Shown here: piece by piece, positions 49,851-62,690 of the stretch
Numbering within the stretch: the stretch's first letter is position 1
Layout: each line of letters starts with the position of its first letter
Assembly: GCA_965113315.1 (NCBI GenBank)
Contig: OZ220374.1
DNA length: 64,000 nt
Direction: 5' to 3' (one strand)
Source of the DNA: Podarcis vaucheri
Taxonomy: Eukaryota
Notes under the pieces: model-generated
Database searches by the model: none
What the model was told of the DNA's origin: nothing
What the model saw: only the letters and a program-made list of their open reading frames with translations
Made by a program: the position numbers and the translations under genes

Positions 49851-51742
49851 TTTAAAATGAATGAAGAAGTGTCTGCATCAAAGGGTGGATTATTCCTTGA
49901 ACACTGGCCAGAGCAGTCCTGCCAGCCCCCGAGCTTCAACTCAAGTTGTGGATATTTTTGTAGACAGTATTTTTGGTATGGATTGGAAAGAGGGCAACAG
50001 AAAGGGCATTTAGAGAGTGCTCGCCACTTTGGGGGAAATCGTGTGCTTTAAATGAATGTAATGTAAATTTAAAAATCCTTTTGTACAGCAACGTGTCTTG
50101 CACCTTTCCCCCAACACTTCTATCCGTCCCATCTTTTAAGAAAATCCCAGCAACACAAGGGGGGTCTGGCCATTATGTGCTGCACTATAATGGATCTCAG
50201 AACAATTAACTCTCGGTTCAATTTCAGATTGTCCTCGTATGCTGTTATATCCTTGCAGCAAAGTCAGAACCCTTAATCCTGTTCTACGAGCTGTGCCTAT
50301 GCAATGGATCCTAGTTCTGAGCCATAAGACTTCTGTACTTCTTCCTGTTTATAGCTATTAGGAATAAATCCAAAGAGCAGGCCTACTCAGTGCACTCTTT
50401 CCAAATGAATAACACGGATTATTATCATCAGCAGGCATGCTGGCATCAGGTGGATTGAGAGTGCATTCACTGAGAAATCTGGTAAGCTCAGCTGCCTCTG
50501 TGTGCGCCTGCTTCTGAACTATATTTAACTCTTACTCAGCATTCTGTTCACACTCCTGTAAAATGTTGCTCCCTGGATTGCAGCGGATGAGGGTAGCGCT
50601 TCGATTCTCATTTAATTAAGTGCTCCGCGTCTTAAGAGGGTGATACTGCTGATTAGTGTTCTCGTTCCAAAGCATTTCATGAAGGAGAAAAGAAGGTTAC
50701 TTGCTGGTAAACAGAGTTCTCCGATTTCATAATCTCCGTCGGGACCTACTGCCCATCATTGTAAAAAACATATATATTCCCGATATCGAAGACAAAGAAG
50801 AGACAAGGCCACATCTTCGCCGCACATTTAAAGCATCGTACCATCTTGTCATGGCTTCCCCACCAAGAATCCTGGGAACTGTAGTTGGTTAAGGGTGCGC
50901 ATCCTGTGCATAGCTTGGAAGGGATTAGGAACAATAAATTAAATAACTAGCAATTAGTTGGCCTTTCAATGGACACCCCAAACTAGCTGCGGGCGCTAAT
51001 CACATGAGAGTGAGGGCCAATGAGCTGCAAGGGGACAAAGGAGCCAAATCAGACACGACCGCAAGTAGAATGGTAAATGCCTGACACAAGTGCCAAACCT
51101 CAGTGGCGACCGACTGATCAGCCAAGCAGATCCCTCAGCGCTTCAGCAACTGTTCCAAGCTGTCAATGGATGCCACGACCTACACTTATGCTTCATGGAA
51201 AGAGGAAGACTGCCATAGAGTTTGAGGGGACCCCAGGGGTCTTCTAGTCCAACCCCCTGCAATACAAGAATCCTACGCCTATTTCATTCCCTCTTGTTGC
51301 CTAAACAGAGAACTCGGTGCTTGTCTCTGTTTTTCATTTCCGGCTGACTTGAGAAACCAATACGGTATCACGAAGGCTGCTCTTACCTCTCCACGACCCA
51401 AGCTCTCAAACCCACAAATCACATGCAATGGGTACAAAGGAACAAAAAACTATTATTTAAAATCTTCTCTACAAATCACTCGGCACTGAACACCAAAGAC
51501 ACGGCAGCTAGGGAGCAGGAAGAGGGGAGTTGGGGGGGGGAGTTTGGGTCTCCCTCTCCACCCCCAAAGATGGGTGACCAGGTGAGCCTGGCTGCAAGTG
51601 AGGGGTACACTCAGGCACCTCCATCTTTGCCCACCCCACCCCCTGCCCAGGCCCACCGGCCTTCAAGCAGCTTCCATAGAGTACCAGCTAGTGCTTCCCC
51701 CAACAAGCCCCTCAGCCTGGGAATTGTGTGCACTCCTCATAG

Positions 51743-52160
51743 AATAATAATAATTATTATTATTATTTATATCCCGCCCTCCCCAGCTGAAGCCAGGCTC
51801 AGAGCGACTAACAACAATAAAATGATTCAACATTCTAAAATCAGTTCATTATAAAATCAGTTCAAATCAGATTAATGGCAACCATTGGGCTAGAGTTCTG
51901 TGAAGAATTGCCAAAGGAAGGGGTCAGGCTGTGCCTTGGCCAAAGGCCTGGTGGAACAGGTCTGTCTTGCAGGCCCTGTAGAAAGATGTCAAGTCCCGCA
52001 GGGCCCTGGTCTCTTGTGACAGAGCGTTCCACCAGATCGGAGCTACAGCCAAAAAAGCCCTGGCTCTGGTTGAGGCCAGCCTAACCTCTCTGTGGCCCGG
52101 GACCTCCAAGATGTTGTTGTTTGAAGACCGTAAGGTCCTCCGTGGGACATAACAGGAGAA
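51743..52160 (-). mobile_element. L2 LINE 3' fragment
   Basis: RARAFLAVAPIWWNALSQETRALRDLTSFYRACKTDLF; TAA/TAT tail. Confidence 0.9.
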
Positions 52161-53934
52161 CTGGGTCATCTAGGCCAAACCCCAGCCATACACAACTAAA
52201 GCATCCCTGACATAGGGCCACCCAACCTCTGTTTAAAGACCTCCAAGGAAAGAGTGTCTATCATAGCTAGACTGAGGGGTCTGGGGCATTTGGGCACAGC
52301 ACACAGGAAGGACGGGACTTTCTCCATCCCTTCCAGGCTCCGAACTGCCCCCCCCCACCCCTACTTGGTCCCAGCCAGTTTGTTTGCAGGAAGCACATAC
52401 TGGCGAAAGGGCAAGTCCAGCAACAGGCCAGGACTGAGCCAGACGCAAACCACACGCCTTGGCAGAGTCGTGTTTATGACACTGGCAGGGGAGGGTGGAA
52501 GGGCTGCTTATTTTCTTGCTGAACGAAACCAGATTTCTTTGCTCCGGATCAACCTGGGAATTCCCATCTCCCCCCTTCATCCGCCAACCTTTCCCTTGTC
52601 ACATAAACAGAGATGTAAGCAGAGATAAAGAAGGGCTGGCAAGAGAGAACATCGCTGCAAAGAGACAACAGCAGTCAGGGAAGCTGTCTGTGTGTATTGG
52701 GGGGGGGGAGAAGCCTAGAGTGGAGTGGCAGACCTGCAAAAGGGGGGGGGGTGTCTCCAGTCAGAACAGCAGACAAGAGAAAGGAAATAATTTCAGAAAG
52801 GGCTGAAAGGGAAGACGGTCTCTAAGATCAGGCAAAGGAAAATAGGCAAGGTTGTTTGCCCCCGTTGCTTGGTGGAGCCTTGTAATGCGCAGTCAATAAA
52901 CCACTACAAAAAAATATAGTGTTAGAAAAGGTACTGAAAACCCAAGAGGCATCAACGAGAGGGAGAAAAGCAGCCATTTTATGCCTTCTTTTGTTTGTTT
53001 CCTATGACGAAGTTCTAAAACAGGGGGAGGAAACCACATATATTTAACAAAATGTATATACCGCTTGATTGCTAATGGAACGTCTAGGCAGTTTACAAAA
53101 AATAAAGCATTAAAATGCTCCGAAAAAAGGTTTAAAACAGGATAAACTTAAAACCAATGGTTAAGTGAAAAACAGATAAAAACACAGGCTTGCAGGAACA
53201 AAAATTATCTTAGTCATAAAGAGTACATGAAAGAAGTGGAGTTGTAGGTGAAGAGAACAGGGAGGGGCTCTCAGTCTTTTGCTCTTGCCCTCCCCTAATG
53301 AAATCCCTGTCAGGCCAAAAAAGGAACAGGGTTAGCTTGTGGGAGGCGCAAATTCCTCCCACAAAATCAAATCTTTCCTGCAATACGCTTTTGTGACGAT
53401 TTTCAACCAAATGAGGGCAAAAGATGCAACATTTTCTCTTAATAATTAATCCTAACCTTCTTCATTCATACAAAATATGCTATTTAGCAGAGGCTGTTCA
53501 AGAGCGCATGTCTTTTGACACAATCCTCTTTTTATAATTTCTGCTGAACTGCGTAGGTGGCGGCATTGTCAGACTGCAAAGCCATCGTAACTGAAAACAG
53601 GGGGAGAATGAGCAAAAGTGGGGGTGGGGGGAGACCCCTGGCGTGACAAGCAAAACAACAACAAATGAGATGCAGTATCAGCAGCACATTTCAAAAAAAA
53701 TTCCAGAGCTGTTTTCCAGAGAGGGTGTTGGGGGAAAGGTGCAAGACACGTTGCTGTACAAAAGGATTTTTTATTTACATTTCTGTAACATAAAGCACAT
53801 GATTCCCCCCAAAGAATCCTGGGAGCTGGAGTTTGATAGAGGTGCCGGGAATTGCAGCTCTGATTTGCAGATGCGACTATGGAGCTCCCTGGATGATTAG
53901 CAGTGATTACTGAGTGGGAAGGTTGTTATTACTA

Positions 53935-54672
53935 CAGTGGTGCCTCGCAAGACGAAATTAATTCGTTCCGCAAGTTTTTTCTTCTTGCGAGTTTTTCGTC
54001 TTGCGATGCACGGTTTCCCATAGGAATGCATTGAAAATCAATTAATGCGTTCCTATGGAAACCGCCTTCAGACCAGGTCCGGGGACAGTCTGTCCCCCGA
54101 CCTCTTCTGAAGGCTGGGGGGGGGACAAGGGCTTTTCTTCCCACCCCCAGCATTTAAAAAAAAACCGGGACAGCGGAGGACTTCTCCGCTGTCCGGGGCG
54201 ATCTTAAAATGCTGGCGGGCAGCATTTTAAAATCGCCCGGGACAGTGGAGGACTTCTCCGCTGTCCGGGGCGATGTAAAAGCCCCTGGGAAGGCAGGCAG
54301 GGGGGACAAAGACTTTTGCCCCCCGCCCACCTTCAGAAGAGGTCCTGGACCTCTTCTGAAGGCGGGCGGGGGGCGAAAGTCTTTGCTCCCCCCCGCCTGC
54401 CTTCAAAAGCTGTCCGCGATAGCGGGAAGCGCTTCCCTGCTATCCCGGACTGCTTTTAAAATGCTGGCGGTGGGGAGCAAAGCCTTTCGGCCCCCGCCGG
54501 CCTTCCTGGACCTCTTCTGAAGGCCGGAGGGGGGGAAAGGCTTTGCTCCCCACCACCAGCATTTAAAAGAGGTCCCCGGAAATTCGTCTTGCGAAGCGCC
54601 TCGAAAACAGAAAACCCTTTCGTCTTGCGGGTTTTCCGTCTTGCGAGGCATTCGTCTTGCGGGGTACCACTG
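53935..54672. mobile_element. Tigger-like MITE (gcaagacgaa family) with palindromic GC-rich core
   Basis: TIRs cagtggtgcctcgcaagacgaa / ttcgtcttgcggggtaccactg, TA flanks. Confidence 0.92.
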
Positions 54673-54679
54673 TAGTTTA

Positions 54680-54765
54680 TATTATATTATATTATATTAT
54701 ATTATATTATATTATATTATATTATATTATATTATATTATATTATATTATATTATATTATTATAA
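54680..54765. repeat. (ATATT)n microsatellite
   Basis: Direct observation. Confidence 0.95.
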
Positions 54766-54774
54766 TTAGTTCAT

Positions 54775-55185
54775 TCACCCTAAGGTCCGAATGCGAGTTA
54801 CAACAATATTTAGAACAGTTTAAAGTAACTTAAAGTTACAGAAATAAGTTGGGTCCTAAAAATGTGCATCTTAAAAGTCCAAATGACAGGATAAAGATGC
54901 ATGTCTTCAGCATTCAAAAAAAAGCTGCATAATCTCTGTGGGAAGGGAGTTCCTCAACTTGGAGGCTGTCACAGAGAAGGCCCTCTCCCAGGATACCACA
55001 AGCACACACACCCCAAGCTTCTTAGTACCCAAGAGAGATGGTGGTCTTTCAGGTGTTTGGGACTCTAAACACCAACACGAGAACTTTGAACTAGGCCTGG
55101 AAACGACCAATGATCAATGCAGATGTGTTAAAATGTGGCATTGTATGAGATCTGAAGTGAACTCCCAGGCATCTGGCTGCTGCAT
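54775..55185 (-). mobile_element. Old L2 3' fragment
   Basis: ERAFSVTASKLRNSLPTEI in the minus frame. Confidence 0.6.
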
Positions 55186-55204
55186 AATGGCCCACCGTTG
55201 GAAT

Positions 55205-55540
55205 AATTAAATTAATTAATAATTATAATAAGTTATACCCCGCCCATCTGGCTGGTTTCCCCAGCCACTCTGGGTGGCTTCCAACAAAATATTAAAATAC
55301 AATAATCCTTCAGATATTAAAAGCTTCCCTAAACAGGGCTGGCTGCCTTCAGATGTCTTCTAAAAGTCTGGTAGTTTTTTTCCCCTTTGACGTCTGGTGG
55401 GAGGGCATTCCACAGGGCAGGTGCCACTACCAAGAAGGCCCTCTGCCTGGTTCCCTGTAACTTGGCTTTTCGCAGTGAGGGAACCACCAGAAGGCCCTCG
55501 GCGCTGGACCTCAGTGTCCAGGCAGAAAGATGGGGGTGGA
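55205..55540 (-). mobile_element. L2 LINE 3' fragment (same subfamily as 57792)
   Basis: Reverse-complement similarity to 57810-58110. Confidence 0.88.
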
Positions 55541-56517
55541 TGGACTTCCATAAAAGAGAACCACCAATACTAATCTTCTTGATTATTTAATTTCTACACT
55601 GCTTAACATATTAAAAATGTCTGAATGCGGTGCACAAAAAAACTAAGGCAACAACAGACAACTTAAACAAAATGGTACAAAAATAGAGTTACATATAAAA
55701 GTGTTGCATTGATGCAAAATTGTGTGTGTGTGTGTGTGTGTGTGAATTTTCCTTTGACACACCCTTCCTCTCAGCCTCCGGGTTCTCACTCAGGGTTCAA
55801 ACAAACTCTCAGCTCATCCACAAAAGTCTCACAGTGAGAAGAGGTCCGTGAAACAGTGGACATCAGCCTGGAGTCTCTACACTTGCCTTCTATGGGCAGA
55901 CCCAAGGTGGATGGCGCTTCCTCAGGCTGCCCACAGTTCTGCCCCATTCATCTGCCCTGTCTACATCTAGCTCCAGATACAGGAGGTTTGTTGCGTTTCC
56001 CGGGGGGTTCAAAGCATGAGGACAGGGCTCCCCCCTCCAGTCACAGCAATCTCTTTGCCCTCTGCAGATAAGTAAACCTAAAAAGTGTTCTCGGATGCTA
56101 GAAAGTTTGAAAATCATCAGCCCCTAGTATAAAGTAAGTAGTTTAAACCATAGTCACCCACCATCATTGCACTATATTTCTGGTCTGCTGAAAAAAATTG
56201 GCTCGAATGTGGTTTTTCCTTGCCTTTTGTATCCTCCAAAGAAGATTTCCCAGAGGATGCCAATGTTTGCCTTTAAAGCAGCTATTGTTAAAAATATCCC
56301 CTCTAATACTAACAACATGTTTACTTCTTTGTAATCTCATCAACTGTGACATTGTGTAATTGCAGTTTGCTCAAAAGCCTCATCCACCCACTCATTCTTG
56401 GAATGAAAAACAACCGAAGGAGCAGCCTCAAACCAAGGATCTCAACCATGAAGCCGAGAATGGCAATGGAACCGACTGGGGCAGCAGCAGGTGTTTAACA
56501 AAGAGTTATTACAAGCA

Positions 56518-56995
56518 GAGATGAGGGAGACATTCGTTCCGGTTCACATTTTAATGTGAACTCACCTAATTCACGCTTCCCAAACGGGTGCTTCTCTAGC
56601 CAACGCAGGCATGCAAACACGCAAATATTAGGGGAAAGTGTACAGAAAAAAATGAGTATATCTGTAAACTTAACATGCAAAGGTACAGTATATTAGGGGA
56701 AATGGTTTGCAAAACTGCATATATCAAGGGAGATGGGTACCAAAATAAGTGTATATGCCTGAAAATGAAGACAAATTTTCACATAAAGAACTTTTATTTT
56801 ATTTTTTGAAAATTATTTTCCTGTTGCGACAGAGTCCCCCCCCCCCCCGCCCCGGCAAGGGGGTGAGAAGGGCGCATAGAACATTTTTTAAATAAATGAA
56901 CCACAAACTTATGAGGAAATGGGGTGAACTGAACTCGAGAGTGGAAAAATGAAAAACTAAGAGCAAATTCCAATCAACAGATTCTTCCATTTGTA
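56518..56995. mobile_element. Old hAT-Ac-like non-autonomous element
   Basis: Body ggttcacattttaatgtgaactcacctaattc...acagattcttccat, shared with 15793 and 20727. Confidence 0.55.
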
Positions 56996-57423
56996 GTGCC
57001 AAGAATAGTCACTCATCTCAGAGCACCGCCTTAGATCTTTACAATGACAGTGGCATGTTCCCATACATCCAATTGTGTTTTACTTTATTGTCTTGACAAT
57101 TTATTCAGTAGCTCAGCCCCTGTGTAAAAGTCTGACCAAGAAAGAAATCTCAGGATAGGATTACACAGAAGAAATCCTCCAACTGTTCAGCATATCAGGA
57201 CACATACAGGTTTAACCTGCATATATGATGATCTTTCAGGAAAGAAAGAGATTGGAGTGTGTGTGTGACTTGGCTGGCAAAGGGCAGTTAAGAGTTAAAT
57301 GAACCACCCTGAACACACCTGATCTTTTCTAAACTAGGAATATAAATTTGTTTGTGGATGGAAGGCCCAATACTCATAGTGAACCAGGCCCAGAAAACCT
57401 GTTGGCTGGCTTGGTTACATAGC

Positions 57424-57559
57424 CAGGCTTCCTCAACCTCGGCCCTCCAGATGTTTTGAGACTACAGTTCCCATCATCCCTGACCACTGGTCCCAATAGC
57501 TAGGGATCATGGGAATTGTAGGCCAAAAACATCTGGAGAGCCAAGGTTGAGGAAGCCTG
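57424..57559. mobile_element. hAT (Charlie-like) MITE
   Basis: TIRs caggcttcctcaacct / aggttgaggaagcctg; palindromic body. Confidence 0.88.
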
Positions 57560-57571
57560 CATAAGACAATA

Positions 57572-58108
57572 CAGTGGTACCTCGGGTTAAGTACTTAATT
57601 CGTTCCAGAGGTCCATTCTTAACTGGAAACTGTTCTTAACCTGAAGCACCACTTTAGCTGATGGGGCCTCTTGCTGCCACCGGGCCGCCGAAGCCCGATT
57701 TCTGTTCTTATCCTCAAGCAAAGTTCTTAAACCGAGGTAATATTTCTGGGTTAGCGGAATCTGTAACCTGAAGCGTATGTAACCAGAGGTATACCTGAAG
57801 GAGTGTCTCCACCCCCATCGTTCTACCCGGACACTGAGGTCCAGCACCGAGGGCCTTCTGGTGATTCCCTCACTGCGAGAAGCCAAGTTACAGGGAACCA
57901 GGCAGAGGGCCTTCTCGGTAGTGGCGCCCGCCCTGTGGAACGCCCTCCCACCAGATGTCAAAGAGAACAACAACTACCAGGCTTTTAGAAGACAGCCCTG
58001 TTTAGGGAGGCTTTTAATGTTTGATGGATTACAGTATTTTAATATTTCTTGGAAGCCGCCCAGAGTGGCTGGTGAAGCCCAGCCAGATGGGCGGGGTATA
58101 AATAATAA

Positions 58109-58151
<43 letters not shown>

Positions 58152-58163
58152 GAGGTACCACTG
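57572..58163. mobile_element. Tigger-like MITE with right TIR interrupted by L2
   Basis: cagtggtacctcgggttaag...gtaaccagaggta [L2] agaggtaccactg-TA. Confidence 0.9.
57792..58150 (+). mobile_element. Young L2 LINE 3' fragment with TSD
   Basis: RQRAFSVVAPALWNALPPDVK; (TTA)n tail; 7-bp TSD agaggta at 57785-57791 and 58151-58157. Confidence 0.93.
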
Positions 58164-59404
58164 TATGCAAACAAACAGTATTGTTTACCTTGCCCTTCCT
58201 CTTTCCCTTTTTTAACTGAACATCTGAAGTGTTTCTGAAATGCCATTCTGGGGTGCTGGGTTCAACCCCCCTGACAAAAGCTTGGGATCAGTGTTGTTTC
58301 AAGTCACAAAACATGGCAAATGCAATAATTTTCCTATAATCTGTAAAACTGGGGAAATAGCATGTCAAGGCAGCTGGGCTGACTCAATGCATTTTGCTAC
58401 CTGAGGCAAAGGACAATATGGTGCTTCCCTCATTACATGTTCAACAGCTGACTTGACTGGCATTTGGATGTTATTTCAACACTGGTAATGAGACAAGAGC
58501 CCTCCGCCACACTTAAGGGCAACAAGATAGCTTACAGCATACAAAGCAGGCACACAGCTCTGTCTACTATCCATCACTCAGCATTTGCCACCTGAGGCTG
58601 CACCATGTCTCATGGTAGGGCCGGCCTTCCAAAGCAGAAATACAATTGCATTGCCAGAAGCAGATAAAACCTACAGTACAAGATTTCTTAATTGGTATAC
58701 TGAATTATTCATCTCTAAAAGAAGCACGTGGGTCTTCTCATGAATGATCCCCAAACAGTAGACTGACTCTGGGCACTGACAAATCTAATGTCTTCCGAAA
58801 AATTACATCACATTGTAATTTACAAGCTGAACCAGTTGAACATTCAAATGCTACATTGGTAACATAGAACCATACCCTGGATATGACTTCTAAGAGTCTG
58901 GTAAATGAAATTTTGTTCAGTACATGTCTTTATACATGCTATTCAAGTTACAAGACAGCTCAGCTGGAATTCTAGGTAGTAGATTTTGATGCACGATCTC
59001 TACTGAGTCTACAGGGCGTGACTAATTCAAATTCTGTACAAATAGTTAATTTAATAGAAACATACCCAGAAGATCGGTGTGATGCCGATATCGATTACAA
59101 AAATGTGTTTCAAGGCCCAGGTTGCTAGAGCAGTAGTCCAAAGAAAAAGAAAAGGAAAAATTAACCCAGAACTAACCGATTCTAATCAATGCAGCACTGA
59201 AGCTTCTAGCGGCAAGGGATAAAATTTTAAGATAACCAACTCATGGGAGGGGGGGTAGGATGAAGGTGACAGTCATGGTGGAAGAACTACAGAGTAGGTC
59301 AATCTAGAGCTGGAGTCAACAAGCCTGGCAGAGACCAGATAACATATCTGAACCCATAATGTCATAATGTATAGAAAGGCTGGAAAGAAGTTGAAATATG
59401 AAAG

Positions 59405-59532
59405 AGGAACACAGGGAGCTACCTTATACTGAGTCAGATCACTGGTAAATCTAGCTCAGTATTGCCTCAGTATTGCCTACTGGAAGGAATGGGGCAAAAT
59501 CCAGGAGAGCCCCTATCTGGAGATGTCAGGAA
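59405..59532 (-). mobile_element. Diverged tRNA-derived SINE fragment
   Basis: ccttatactgagtcag...atctagctcagtattg is the reverse complement of the tail of the 8843/26121 family. Confidence 0.55.
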
Positions 59533-60342
59533 CACATGATCAAATTAATGGTGTTGGTGGCATTAATTATAGCACTGGGCTCCTGAATATCTATTTGTCA
59601 ATTATTTTCTACAGCTCATGACTGGCACATGCCGGAATCAATCTTGGCTTACAACACAGGGGCTTTTCCATAATGCTGCACTTATTGCTGAGAGAAAAGC
59701 CAAACCACACACACAGCTCTGGGGCATGCACAGAGTTTCAGATGAAGCTACCTACTTGGTGGCCGTCTTTCAGCATCAGCAAGGGTATTTGGCAGAGTCA
59801 TCTGGATGGCAAAGCTCCAGGCTGAGCACACTCAGTATACGCACAATGTACATTTTAGCACACAGATATTTACAAGACTGGAATTTGGGAATCGTCAGCT
59901 CAATGAAGTATAGCCGACAGTTAGCCAAAGAACTGTTGAGAATCTTGATGGTGTCATATGGCAGGGATTCATCTTATTTGGTTTTTAATAAATAAATAAA
60001 TTCTGTCCTACTAAAATAGTGTCCAAGGCAACATAGCAGATGGATGAGACCTGCAGGTATAGGGCGGTATGCAAATTTCATAAACAAGCAAATAAACCTG
60101 ATATGGCAGAAGTTCAGATAATTACATAATGACAGGCTAAAACAAGTTTGTGATGGATTTTAAGAAAGGAAAGGTGAAAATGAATGAAGAAAAATGTGTA
60201 CTTGGCAGGTGAGAAATAAAATTATCAATAAACCCAAAGGTGTTTTGAAAACAGATGCAGCTAAAATAGAGGCTATACTTGCAGTGCCTCACTCAAAGAG
60301 CTGGTCTGCAAAAAGTTATAGAAAAAAATCAACAGTAACACC

Positions 60343-60605
60343 ATATTGCAATTGTACGCTTGTCTAACCAGACACAAGTTCCAATGAGTTCACCAAGGCT
60401 TACTCCCAGGTAAGTGTGCATAGTATTGTAGCCTTAAAACACAATATTTTGCAAATTTACCCAGAGGTTCCTCAGAGATCTGTGGGACTTACTCTCTACT
60501 AAGTATTTAGGATTGTAGTGCAAACCTATGCATCTTTACTCAGAATTAAATTCCATTATGTTCAAGGGGGCTTATTCCTAGATAAGTATACAAATATTGC
60601 AGTTA
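60343..60605. repeat. Three adjacent copies of an old ~85-bp palindromic element
   Basis: Units of the type gcaa..ctatgcat..ttactcag...cttactccc..gtaagtgtgcatag.attg.agc; single copies at about 7850-7935 and 24362-24445. Confidence 0.55.
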
Positions 60606-61092
60606 TAGACCCAAAATGTTGAGTTTTATTGTATACAGCAGCCTGAGGGTGGCCCTTCGAAGTGTAGAAACAGACCACAAAACCACTCACACCAATTGGG
60701 AAGGGGGGAGAATTATATAATGCATTTCCAAGAACTTAAAGATCGCTACCGACAACAACACAGAAATATCAACTGCATATAGTAACCAGACCACACAAAT
60801 ATTTGACAATACTGGCAATCTAAGGACACAACGGGAACAAGGAGGTGGAGAATATTCTGAGGAGGCTGACGTTGTTCTACACCCCTTGCGATGTGCTCGC
60901 CAATCTCAGAACCAAAACTGAAAGTATGCCATACAGCGTCTTCAATCAGGAATTTCAAACACCTCAATTAGTGGGAAGACGTACCAACAGAGAACCAAAA
61001 CCAAATTCAAAATCAGTTTGAAGGAAGAGTTGCATAGTATTAGATCAGTTTTACTTGTTTCACATAAAAGTCTCTTGAGGCATCATCATTTC

Positions 61093-61345
61093 ATAAGATC
61101 ATAAGAAGATCCCTGCTGGATCAGACCAAAGGCCCATCTAATCTAGCATCCTGCTTTCACAGCGACCACCCCGATGCCTCCACAAGCAAGACACAAACAC
61201 AATAGTATTCCCTTTACTCATTATTATTAGTAGTAGTAGTAGTAGCGGCTGGTATGAGAGGTGTACTGCCTCTGTCACTGCAGGTAGTACACAGCCATCA
61301 AGACAAAAAGCCATTGACACCTTTACCCTCCATGAATTTGTGGGA
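61093..61345 (-). mobile_element. CR1-type LINE 3' end, old
   Basis: cataagatcataagaagatccctgctggatcagaccaaaggcccatcta...ccctccatgaatttg. Confidence 0.7.
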
Positions 61346-62690
61346 TCTGCTTTGAAAGCCACTCACTGCAATAGCCCACAAACCCAATGCGTTGTCGTGG
61401 AGACTTGTTTTCTCCACACAGGCTGATACAGGGAGATGAGCTCCAGCCTGGATATGGGCCTTGATATTGAACTTCCCATCTGTTCTGCCTTCAGCCAATT
61501 GCAACAACCTATGACCTTTCTCAAGATTAACCACATAAGGCAATAGTAGTTTGAGCTGCCGCAACATATCTTATACTGTGCACAATAAAGTGTGTCAAAG
61601 GTATCCATCCGTCAGTTCAGCTTGGACTGGGACTCGGAAAGAAAACTGTGCCTATACGTACAAAAGTATTAACATCTAGTGTAAATGGATAATTTCGTGT
61701 CATTTGTGCATAAATATCCCCAATATGTTTAAGTCAATACCTTGCAATTGCACCCGTTTATTAGATACGTCTCAGCAGCTGTGCAATTTACTTCTTGGTT
61801 AATAGCAGAGCTTTTCTACCAACTGTCTCTTATTTGGCTGTTGGCAAAATTCAGCCTGCCTTACCTGGCAATTGGATCTCATAACCATTAATGTATACAG
61901 GATTTTAGAATTCAGAATACTCCTTGTCTTTCAGGAATGCGGCTGAATATGCTATACAGTACAGATGCTCCCACCTTAAAAAATTAATTGGGATACAGTG
62001 GCTGGTTATATTGAACTATCTAACATGGTTGGGTTGCTTCCCATATTTAATAAAAAATGGGTGTCCTTTTTTCTGCATTTGATATTGGAAGGTATGCCAC
62101 AGGCATTTCTTAGACATATAGGTCAGCAGCTTTAAGTTCTACCTGGGAAGGCCTCCCCTGTGAGGCTTTTGCACCCCAATCCAGTTTGGGGTAAGGAAAT
62201 TCTGGTGTGTGTGAGATGGTCTCTTACCTAAAGAAGTCTTCTCATTCAATTCAGTGTTGCAAGAAGCTCTACTCAAAGGCCGAGTACTCAGCCAAGCGGC
62301 TTTCAGCTGTTGTTATATACAGTTACTGACTCACACCTGTGTGCCTGAAGCCCTGAGCTCCTTACCATGGGAGGGGGCCAGCCGGCTCCCAGCAGCCTCT
62401 GCTTCTTCCCTCCCCCCCAACTTCCTGGAGCATGTGGAAGCCCAGAATCTCTCCAAAAGATTATTTTTACTGCCGGCATCTTTAAGACTGCACAATTCTC
62501 CTGCAAGTTATTTCTTTTTAAGTCATTTGGAACTTTTTTTGTCTATATTTTACTGTGTTTGCTGTAACTTCTGAAAACTGAATAAAATTTTCACTTATTT
62601 GTAAAGCTGAGTGCAACTTATTCTATCCAAAGTATTTTTGCGGGGAATGTTTGTTTGAAGGTGGGTGAGGTCAGAGGTAAATATAAGTTT

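Noticed and set aside
60746-60967. 73-aa minus ORF as a coding exon
   Set aside because: No recognisable homology in the frames examined and no convincing splice-site pair.
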